Virus record (IMG/VR): IMGVR_UViG_2700989080_000001
Span: 1-64,000 of that record
Source of the DNA: a virus
Taxonomy: Duplodnaviria; Caudoviricetes
Length of the DNA stretch: 64,000 nt
Reading direction: 5' to 3' (one strand)
Positions 48,253-56,800 of the stretch are shown piece after piece (within the stretch, counting starts at the first letter, position 1; the number at the start of each line of letters is the position of its first letter). A program made the position numbers and the translations under genes. Below the pieces are notes generated by a model, which ran no database searches, was not told the origin of the DNA, and saw only the letters and a list, made by a program, of their open reading frames with translations.

Positions 48253-48499
48253 TGCGGAACCCCCAATCGTCGGAACGGCAGTTACACTCGAAGACAAAGA
48301 GCGCTGGCGCAAAAACCACAAGAACAAGCTCGCGATTCGCAAGATGAATCGGAAGATGATCAACGGTAGACTCACGTCGACTCTTCTTCAAGAGCATGGT
48401 ACACCTTCCGGATACAACAACTGGTTCTGTCGATGCATCCCATGCACCCAGGCATACAACGGCCGCAAGCGTGACAACCGCAAAAAGCGCCGTCGATAG
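48245..48499 (+). CDS. Putative Zn-binding protein
   Basis: EHGTPSGYNNWFCRCIPCT. Confidence 0.55.
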   Translation: MTDAEPPIVGTAVTLEDKERWRKNHKNKLAIRKMNRKMINGRLTSTLLQEHGTPSGYNNWFCRCIPCTQAYNGRKRDNRKKRRR

Positions 48500-48582
48500 C
48501 CTCAAAGACTTATCTTCCCCAGAGACGTCTGCATCGCAGAAAAAACACGACCTATAATGAGACCCCTATGAAAGGAACAACA

Positions 48583-48819
48583 ATGTCTGACCAGAACGAG
48601 AACATCGTCATCGAAGAAGACGCAACCCCCGTTCGTTTCCGTCGCCTCAAGAAGGTCCTGAGCAAGATCGAAGAAAACTCAGCCATCATCGCCATCGCAA
48701 CTGCGACCGCGGTGAGTGCTGCTGGAATCATCGCGCTCAATCGACTCGACAAGAAGACGACGGAGACGATCGAGGTTGCCGAACCCAAGGTGATCGAGAC
48801 CGCTCCCACGGAAGACTGA
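48583..48819 (+). CDS. Cassette gene, small membrane protein
   Basis: Follows leader copy 11; one TM; terminator ~48838-48885. Confidence 0.65.
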   Translation: MSDQNENIVIEEDATPVRFRRLKKVLSKIEENSAIIAIATATAVSAAGIIALNRLDKKTTETIEVAEPKVIETAPTED

Positions 48820-48905
48820 TATTCCCCCACAGAGATCGAAAAAGAGAAAGGCTTAGTAAAGAAATTTACTAGGTCTTTCCTTTTTGCTTTCACGGACAAA
48901 GAGGA

Positions 48906-49439
48906 TTGACGCCACAAATGGATCATCAAACATTCAACGTATATTTGGAAGAGAAGTTCGATCACATCCGATCGGTTCTCGGAACCAAGGCTGCCGAGTA
49001 CGTTCCGAACGAAGGCGGCTCTCGTTTCCACAACTTCGATGTTGCGGCGGCATTCAACAACGAGTCTCCCGAAAAGGCTCTCTGGGGAATGCTGACCAAG
49101 CACCTCGTGAGCATCGCAGACATGGTGAAAGACGACCCGACCGACCACTCTATGGCTGTGTGGGACGAGAAGATCGGCGACGCTCTCAACTATCTTCTGC
49201 TGCTCAACGGCATGGTGAAGGATCACCACGAAACGAAGAATCTGGTGCAGTTCCACTCCGGTCTCGTGAATGCCGTTCTTCCTCCCGGCACGAACGTGAT
49301 CGACACCCACCTGAGGCTGGAGAAGGACGGAAGCGTCACGAAGCTGGCCGGACACCTGTCGGGTTTGGCGAGTGGTGGAATGGAACAGCCTCGTACGGAC
49401 GGACCCGAGCGCGTCAAGTTCTGCCGCAACAACCACTGA
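48906..49439 (+). CDS. MazG-like/nucleotide-modification-associated all-helical domain protein
   Basis: KAAEY...FHNF...KHLVSI...EKIGDALNY pattern. Confidence 0.55.
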   Translation: MTPQMDHQTFNVYLEEKFDHIRSVLGTKAAEYVPNEGGSRFHNFDVAAAFNNESPEKALWGMLTKHLVSIADMVKDDPTDHSMAVWDEKIGDALNYLLLLNGMVKDHHETKNLVQFHSGLVNAVLPPGTNVIDTHLRLEKDGSVTKLAGHLSGLASGGMEQPRTDGPERVKFCRNNH

Positions 49440-49492
49440 CTCGGTCATATTTCTGACCATCGTAAGCAACACCACACAAGGAGCACAAAGTA

Positions 49493-50125
49493 ATGCTGAA
49501 GCAGACCGTTGAGTACACCGACTTCGACGACAACCGTTGTGCAGAGACTCTGTACTTCAACCTCACCAAGACCGAGCTCGCCGAGAACGCTCACCTCACG
49601 GACCGGCTGGAAAAGATGCAGAAGATGTTCGGTGGTGAGAAGCGTCAGCTCGAGACGTCGGAGATCCAGCAGCTTCTCGATCTGGTCAAGACGATCATGC
49701 GCATTTCCTACGGTGTTCGCAGCGCCGACGGAAAGCGATTCATCAAGACGGAGGAGCAGTGGGTCGAATTCACCCAGACTGCAGTCTACGACGAGTTCCT
49801 CATTTCCATGTTCACGGATCCGGACAAGATGTTTGCATTCATGTACGGCATCATGCCGGCGGACATGCGTGAGCAGGCGAAGGTAGAGGCAGAGCGACTC
49901 ATGTCGGAGCGGACGAACCAGTCCACCGATATTCCGACGCCTCCTCCTGCTGCATCCGCTACACCTGTGGACATGCCGATCACGCAGGCCAACCCTTCGG
50001 TCCAGATCACGATGGATCCGAATCAGTCGGCAGGGCCTCAGCCTACCCAGGAGCAGATGGCCGCATACATGCGTGACCAGCAGGCTCGCGGCTTGATGAC
50101 GCAGCCGAACTACCTGCAGGGCTGA
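49493..50125 (+). CDS. Conserved hypothetical protein
   Basis: MLKQT..Y.DF...LYFNLTK.E...YG.RS.DGKRFIK; AAGGAG RBS. Confidence 0.6.
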   Translation: MLKQTVEYTDFDDNRCAETLYFNLTKTELAENAHLTDRLEKMQKMFGGEKRQLETSEIQQLLDLVKTIMRISYGVRSADGKRFIKTEEQWVEFTQTAVYDEFLISMFTDPDKMFAFMYGIMPADMREQAKVEAERLMSERTNQSTDIPTPPPAASATPVDMPITQANPSVQITMDPNQSAGPQPTQEQMAAYMRDQQARGLMTQPNYLQG

Positions 50126-50132
50126 TCTATAT

Positions 50133-50251
50133 TTGAGCGAGAGGGGTTTGGCAAGGGTCCTTTGTAGGGGTCTCGCCCTAGTCCGGATGCCAAACTTAAA
50201 CGACAGCCGTAGCGCTGTGGGGAAGCAGCAAACATGCGCCCTCGATCTCAA
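50133..50251 (+). ncRNA. Candidate antisense regulatory RNA complementary to the cassette leaders
   Basis: Loop 50158-50174 TCCTTTGTAGGGGTCTC = reverse complement of GAGACCCCTAC(G)AAAGGA; enclosed by AGGG/CCCT and GTTTGGCA/TGCCAAAC stems. Confidence 0.65.
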
Positions 50252-50320
50252 TCATATTCTCGTGCCTGATTCGCACGAAAAACACACCCTATAATGAGAC
50301 CCCTACGAAAGGACCTGGTA

Positions 50321-50566
50321 ATGACCAAGCTGGAAATGCTGAAGCTCGCCGTTTCTTCGATCGTTGGTGTCGGTACCTCCAAGATCGTTCGATCCATCAT
50401 TGCCAACAATGTCGAAATCGATTCTCCGGTAGACCAAGTTACGGTCACCGCGGGATCGTTCGTCGTTGGCGCGATGGTTGCGGACGCATCGAAGGACTAC
50501 ACCGATGCCAAGATCGACGAGATTGTCGAGATCTTCAAGACCATCAAAGAAACCACCAAGAACTGA
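50321..50566 (+). CDS. Cassette gene, hypothetical protein
   Basis: Follows leader copy 12; terminator ~50577-50614. Confidence 0.65.
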   Translation: MTKLEMLKLAVSSIVGVGTSKIVRSIIANNVEIDSPVDQVTVTAGSFVVGAMVADASKDYTDAKIDEIVEIFKTIKETTKN

Positions 50567-50641
50567 CAGACAGCTCAAAACTGAAAAGCCCGTAACACTA
50601 GGCTTTTTAGTTTTCATCTTCGACATATGAGGACCTATATT

Positions 50642-51319
50642 ATGGAAGACTACCCCAGCAACAGCCAGAAGCCGAAGGCCGCAAAGAAGCCGGTCGCGGG
50701 ACAAGAAGGTAAGGACGAGCAGAAGAAGGTCGTAAAGCAGATCACCGTTGGCGAAGTCACTCGTCGTAAGAAGCCGCTCGGCCGACGAGTCATGGAGACG
50801 TTCGGTGGCAGTGACGCGCAGAGCGTAGGTGCGTATATTGTGCAGGACGTTCTTCTTCCCGCAGCCAAGGACATGGTTGCTGACGCAGTCTCGCAAGGCA
50901 TCGAGAAGATGCTCTTCGGAGAGGCTCGGGGTAGGCGTGGTCGATCGTCCGCACCAAGTCGTCCGGCTGGTTCGGGTTACACGAGCTACAACAGCTACAG
51001 CCCAAACAATCGTTATTCTGTGAACCCGGGACATCGACCGGAGCCTCGTCGAGAGATGAGCCACCGTGGCCGAGCCCTGCACCACTTCGACGAGATCGTT
51101 CTCGATTCTCGAGCCGAGGCAATGGAGGTTCTTGAGAACCTGGACGCCATGACTCAGGAGTACGGTACTGCCAGCGTTTCCGATCTGTACAACATGGTCG
51201 GTATCACGCCAAGCTTTACGGACGAGAAGTGGGGCTGGGTCGACATGCGAGCGGCTACAGTGCGTCACATCAGCGGTGGATATTTGCTCGATCTTCCGCG
51301 TCCGGAGAACATCGGTTAA
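50642..51319 (+). CDS. Conserved hypothetical protein
   Basis: DVLLPAAK, YG.ASVSDLY..VG, KWGW motifs. Confidence 0.6.
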   Translation: MEDYPSNSQKPKAAKKPVAGQEGKDEQKKVVKQITVGEVTRRKKPLGRRVMETFGGSDAQSVGAYIVQDVLLPAAKDMVADAVSQGIEKMLFGEARGRRGRSSAPSRPAGSGYTSYNSYSPNNRYSVNPGHRPEPRREMSHRGRALHHFDEIVLDSRAEAMEVLENLDAMTQEYGTASVSDLYNMVGITPSFTDEKWGWVDMRAATVRHISGGYLLDLPRPENIG

Positions 51320-51358
51320 ATCGATGTAAGTATGGCGCGCCAAAAGGGAGGTGGCGTG

Positions 51359-51502
51359 ATGTCTAGCGATATTCTCTTGAAAGCCAACGCACTCAAGGGA
51401 GCGTACCCAGGAAGTCCAACCTGGAAATCCAAAGTGGACAAGATGAGCGACAATCAAATCGTGGCCGTATATTTGCGGCTCAAGCGAGAGAACAAGGTTT
51501 AG
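51359..51502 (+). CDS. 47-aa protein (not in ORF track)
   Basis: GGGAGGTG RBS; AYPGSPTWKSKVDKMSDNQIVAVYLRL. Confidence 0.55.
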   Translation: MSSDILLKANALKGAYPGSPTWKSKVDKMSDNQIVAVYLRLKRENKV

Positions 51503-51513
51503 GAGACCAACAC

Positions 51514-52407
51514 ATGTCGATCAAGAACACTATCATGTCTGCCGGTGGCAAGAACATGGCCATGACCATGCTCAAGCTCCAGAAGAACAGCCCGACCATT
51601 CTGTTCGGCGCCGGCGTTGTCGGTGTTGTCGGTACGGTCGTTCTGGCTTCGCGAGCAACTCTGAAGGTCAGCGATATCGTCGACGAAGCGTCCAAGAACC
51701 TGGAAACGATCAACGCGAACGCAGGCAGCGAGGAGTACTCGGCTGAGGATGCGGTCAAGGACAAGGGCGTCGTCTACGTCAAGACGGCCCTCGATGTCAC
51801 GAAGCTCTACGGTCCCGCGTTCATCCTGGGTGTCGCCTCGATCGGTTGCCTTGCAGGCTCGCACAACATCCTGACCCGTCGCAACGCGGCTCTGGGTGCT
51901 GCCTACGCCGGCGTCGAGAAGGCCTTCCGTGAGTACCGCGGTCGTGTCATCGACGAGATCGGCGAGGAGAAGGAAGCTCGGATCTACCAGCCCGTCGAGG
52001 AGGTCGACGCTGTCGATGCCGAGGGCAAGAAGACCAAGGTCTCCGTTCCGACTGCTGTCGGTGGCTCGCCCTACAAGCGAATCTTCGATGAGAGCAACAA
52101 GAACTGGAACAAGCAGACCGAGTTCAACCAGATGTTCATCCGCACTCAGCAGAACTACGCGAACGACATGCTGCGTGCTCGTGGATACCTCTTCCTGAAC
52201 GACGTTTACGAGATGCTCGGCATCGAGCGCTCCAAGGAAGGCCAGATCGTCGGCTGGGCTCTGCCCGAGAACGGCAGCATGGGCGATGGCTACGTCGACT
52301 TCGGCGTCTTCAGCAATGTCCACCAGGGCATGAAGTTCGTCATGGGCGACGAGCGCTCGATCTGGCTCGACTTCAACGTGGATGGCAACATCCTCGAATT
52401 CGTCTGA
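51514..52407 (+). CDS. Conserved phage protein (DUF6353-like, from recall)
   Basis: NSPTILFG, LGAAY, FLNDVY.MLG, LDFNVDG; high codon bias. Confidence 0.65.
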   Translation: MSIKNTIMSAGGKNMAMTMLKLQKNSPTILFGAGVVGVVGTVVLASRATLKVSDIVDEASKNLETINANAGSEEYSAEDAVKDKGVVYVKTALDVTKLYGPAFILGVASIGCLAGSHNILTRRNAALGAAYAGVEKAFREYRGRVIDEIGEEKEARIYQPVEEVDAVDAEGKKTKVSVPTAVGGSPYKRIFDESNKNWNKQTEFNQMFIRTQQNYANDMLRARGYLFLNDVYEMLGIERSKEGQIVGWALPENGSMGDGYVDFGVFSNVHQGMKFVMGDERSIWLDFNVDGNILEFV

Positions 52408-52418
52408 GGTGTGAGGCC

Positions 52419-53303
52419 ATGAATTCCAACACCGGAATCATCGTGGCTTCTTCGTTGGCGTCCTGTGCCGTTGGTGCAGGCGCCGCTTATTTTCTCACGA
52501 AGAAGCACGTCACGAATCAGTACGAAGTCTTGATGGAGGAAGAGGTCGAGAAGGCAAAGCTATATTACAGCCAGCTCCACAAGACGGGGGACTTCTCCGA
52601 TCCCGTGAAGTTGGCTGAGGAGCGTCTCGGTTCGGATGATATTTCCGACGAGGACGATTCCGAAGAGGAGTCAGATGGTACGGACGACTCGGAAGTAGTT
52701 GTGACAGAACGAGTAGAGATCACTCGTGAAGAGCGTGTCAACTACAACAACATTCAGCAGCAGTACGTCGGGGACGACTCCGTACCGGAACGCCATATTC
52801 CGAAGCGCGATTTTCCCCGACCCGTCTCCCATCCCGAAGATGGCGAGAGCATGGAAAGCTTCGAACGGCGCTTGATCAAGCAAGCCTCTGACGAAGTACG
52901 TGAGAAGGCAGAACTATCTGGAGAGGAGGACATCGTGCGACGCAACATATTCGACACCCACGGACGCCTGCCAAGCGAAGAAGAATTGGACACCAGCATG
53001 CGAGGGAATGGCGAGCCTTATATCCTGACGCGTCAAGAGTTCGAGGACTGTGACCTCGACTACGATCAGAACACTCTCACCTATTTCGAGGGTGACAACA
53101 TCCTCGTCGATGAGCGTAACGACCCGATCAACAACGGTGTCGAGACCATCATCGGTGGTGAGCACAACTTGAGGTTCGGACACTGGTCGGAAGATGCGAA
53201 CGTGCTTTATATTCGCAACGACCGCCTGTCCATCGACTTCGAGATCGTTCGCTCCTCAGGCACCTATGCTGAGGAAGTCCTCGGATACACACCGGGGGAA
53301 TGA
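52419..53303 (+). CDS. Acidic hypothetical protein with N-terminal hydrophobic segment
   Basis: Long ORF; LTYF..D.ILVDE, LYIRND...DFEI. Confidence 0.6.
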   Translation: MNSNTGIIVASSLASCAVGAGAAYFLTKKHVTNQYEVLMEEEVEKAKLYYSQLHKTGDFSDPVKLAEERLGSDDISDEDDSEEESDGTDDSEVVVTERVEITREERVNYNNIQQQYVGDDSVPERHIPKRDFPRPVSHPEDGESMESFERRLIKQASDEVREKAELSGEEDIVRRNIFDTHGRLPSEEELDTSMRGNGEPYILTRQEFEDCDLDYDQNTLTYFEGDNILVDERNDPINNGVETIIGGEHNLRFGHWSEDANVLYIRNDRLSIDFEIVRSSGTYAEEVLGYTPGE

Positions 53304-53851
53304 TGGACGAGCCACTTGATGAGCGATATTTCAAATGGCTCTACGGTCAGGTGGCATCCGTCAAGTTGAGGAACCCTGGGCGGACCTACTGGTCTTTGCT
53401 CAAGGTTCTTCACACCACAGAGTTCGTGTGGCTGGTTCCAAACGACGACAATCGTGTGGAAGACGGACGCGACCTGAGAATGGAATTCGTCAACGAAACA
53501 GGCGCCGATATTCCCGACTCCGATTGGATGGCTTTCGGATGCTCCGTACTGGAGATGTTGATCGGGTTGTCTCGGCGCCTGGCGTTTGAGGCTGATGGTA
53601 CCGCGGGTCCGAGCGATTGGTTCTGGCATTTGCTCGACAACCTCAACCTCGGCGGATTCAACGACACATATTTCCGAACCGGAAGGCATGAGGAGTATGT
53701 AAAACACGTACTGGATACCGTCGTTTGGCGAAACTATAAAAGCGACGGGCACGGCGGTCTATTCCCACTGCGACGTCCACAAGAAGATCAACGTAAGGTA
53801 GAGCTCTGGTATCAACTCTCGTGCTACCTTTCGGAGGGACACGCGGCATGA
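53300..53851 (+). CDS. Conserved hypothetical protein
   Basis: YFKWL, DDNR..DG..LR, SVLEML, GGLFPL, ELWYQ. Confidence 0.6.
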   Translation: MMDEPLDERYFKWLYGQVASVKLRNPGRTYWSLLKVLHTTEFVWLVPNDDNRVEDGRDLRMEFVNETGADIPDSDWMAFGCSVLEMLIGLSRRLAFEADGTAGPSDWFWHLLDNLNLGGFNDTYFRTGRHEEYVKHVLDTVVWRNYKSDGHGGLFPLRRPQEDQRKVELWYQLSCYLSEGHAA

Positions 53852-53881
53852 TGGCGAACTAGGCATGAATTAAAAAGAGGG

Positions 53882-56800
53882 TTGGTGGACTTCTACACTA
53901 TCGGGGTGCGAACAATTGAGAAAGGCCCCCGGAAAGGTATGACGGAGCTATTTCCTGACCTTCGGGTCGGGCGCTCCAAAGATCTGATGGTCCGCGGCCG
54001 CTCATTCTACGCCATCTGGGATGAGACGGCCGGTCTATGGTCTACGGACGAGTACGATGTTCAGAGACTGATGGACGCGGAGCTTGAGGCGGAGGCCGAC
54101 AGGATTGAGAAGAAGGGTGACCCGCGCCCCTCGATCAAGACCATGTCGTCCTTCGGCTCAAACTCCTGGAGTCAATTCCGTAAGTATCTACAGAACATCA
54201 GCGACAACAGTCATCAACTCGACGAGAAGATGGCTTGGGCTGACACCGAAGTCAAGAAGACCGACTATGTGAGCAAGCGTCTCCCATATTGTCTCGCACC
54301 CGGCGACTACAGCGCATGGGACGAGCTCGTAGGGACGCTCTATAATGTGGAAGAAAGAGCGAAGATCGAATGGGCGATTGGTGCAATTGTATCCGGGGAT
54401 GCGAAGCGAATTCAGAAATTCCTGGTTCTCTACGGGCCTGCTGGGACAGGCAAATCGACGGTCTTGAACGTCATCCAGCAAATGTTCGAAGGCTACACGA
54501 CGACATTCGAAGCCAAGGCTTTGGGTATGTCGAGCGGAGCGTTTGCAACGGAGGTCTTCAAGAACAACCCGCTCGTAGCGATTCAGCACGACGGCGACCT
54601 CTCACGTATCGAGGACAACACTCGACTGAACTCGATCATCTCACACGAAGAGATGACGATGAACGAGAAGTACAAGCCCAGCTACACTGCGCGGGTTAAT
54701 GCTTTTCTGTTCATGGGTACCAACAACCCAGTCAAGATCTCTGACGCCAAGTCGGGCATTATTCGACGACTGATCGATGTGCATCCGACGGGCATCAAGA
54801 TTCCGCCCAATCGATACAACACTCTTATTCAGAAGGTTGATTTCGAACTGGGTGCGATCGCTCACCACTGCCTGGAAGTCTACAGGTCGATGGGAAAGAA
54901 CTACTACAACTCCTACCGACCGCTCGAGATGATGTTGCAGACCGATGTCTTCTTCAACTACATCGAGGCGCACTTCGATATTTTCAAGGAGCAAGACTCG
55001 GTCTCCTTGAAGCAGGCCTATGCGCTGTACAAGGAATTCTGTGACGACACCGGAATCGACAAGGTTCTTCCTCAGTACAAGTTCCGTGAGGAGCTTCGGA
55101 ACTACTTTGACGAATTCAAGGAGCGCGGCGTGGTGAATGGGCAGACAGTGCGAAGCATATATTCTGGCTTCAACGCGAACAAGTTCAAGACGCCACTGGG
55201 TGAAGACAAGCAAGTCTTCAAGTTGGTCCTCGATGAGTCGGTGTCGCTTCTCGACGATATTCTCAAGGATCAGCCTGCCCAGATGGGTCGGATCGGTCCT
55301 GATGGCGGAGAGATCCCCGAGAAGTACTGGACTGACGACGAGCGTTTGATCAACGGCGAGATGAAGAAGCCCAAGCCGTCTCAGGTCTGCTCGACGACGC
55401 TGAAGGATCTGGACACCTCGAAGGTCCACTTCGTCAAGGTGCCAGCGAATCATATTGTCATCGACTTCGACCTCAAGGACGACAAGGGTGAGAAGTCTCT
55501 GGAGCGAAGCTTGGAGGCTGCGTCCAACTGGCCGGCCACCTATGCCGAGCTCAGCAAGAGTGGTAACGGCGTCCATCTCCACTACGACTACACCGGAGAA
55601 GACGTCACTCAGCTCAGTCCCATATATTCCGAGGACATCGAAGTCAAGGTCTACACGGGCAACGGGTCTCTACGACGAAGAGTCATCAGATGTAACAACG
55701 TCCCTGTTGCCCCCATATCTAGCGGACTGCCGCTGAAGGAGAAGAAGGTGCACTCAGCCCAAACGATTCAGAGCGAGCGCAGCCTGCGCGATCTCGTCGA
55801 ACGGAATCTTCGTAAGGAGATCCACCCCGGCACCAAGCCGTCGATCGATTTCATCCACAAGATCCTCGCCGATGCACACAAGGACGGGATGACGTATGAC
55901 CTCACGGACATGCGCCCTCGTATTCTCGCATTCGCCAACAACTCTTCGAACCAGGCTATGGCTTGCTTGAAGACTGTGCAGTCGATGAAGTGGAAGAGCG
56001 ACGACTCCCCTGAGCGGGCTATCGGTCCTCAGGACGATATTCGTCAGCCGGCTACGACTCAGGCAGCTTCCCCCGCTGTCTCAGATCGTAAGGACGAGCG
56101 GATTGCCTTCTTCGACATCGAGGTCTACCCCAACCTCTTCCTGGTTTGCTGGAAGTTCGAGGGTGACGCCACGATGGTCAAGATGATCAACCCGAAGCCG
56201 GCAGACATCGAGCAGCTGTTCAAGCTCAAGCTTGTGGGCTACAACAACCGACGCTACGACAATCATATTCTGTACGCGGCGTTCATGGGATTCACCACCG
56301 AGGCGATCTACCAGCAGTCTCAGAAGCTCATCAACAACGAGCGGAGTGCGCTGTTCGGTGAGGCGTACAACATCAGTTACGCCGATATTTACGACTTCAG
56401 CTCGAAGAAGCAGAGCCTGAAGAAGTTCATGATCGAGCTCGGCATCACCCACCAGGAGATGGATATTCCGTGGGATCAGCCGGTTCCGGACGAGCTGGTC
56501 GAGAAGGTCATCGAGTACTGCTGCAATGACGTCAACGCGACTGAGGCAGTGTTCGAGGCTCGTAAGCAGGACTTCGTCGCACGACAGGTCTTGGCTGAAC
56601 TGAGTGGTCTTCCGGTCAACAACACGACCCAGGCGCACACAGCCAAGATCATTTTCGGGAACGATCGTCAGGCTCAGAAGAAGTTCGTCTACACGGACCT
56701 GAGCGAGGAATTTCCGGGCTACAAGTTCGACATGGGTAAGTCCGAGTATCGGGGTGAAGACCCCAGCGAAGGTGGTTATGTCTATGCAGAGCCGGGGCTC

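Larger units (their letters stand above)
40923..50313 (+). repeat. Dispersed repeat family, 12 copies: TCGCAnAAAAAACACnCnCTATAAT(GAGACCCCTAYGAAAGGA)
   Basis: Copies at about 40923, 41417, 42019, 42291, 42668, 42787, 43098, 43353, 43718, 44345, 48534, 50271; all + strand and intergenic. Confidence 0.95.

Noticed and set aside
40923-50313. CRISPR array or integron
   Set aside because: Intervals are 120-4200 bp and contain genes with their own promoters; no cas or integrase gene in the window.
40852-50320. ORF-track starts inside the repeat (MKG..., MRPLRK..., MKPST...)
   Set aside because: These ATGs lie within the promoter/leader; better starts lie about 6-10 nt after AAAGGA.
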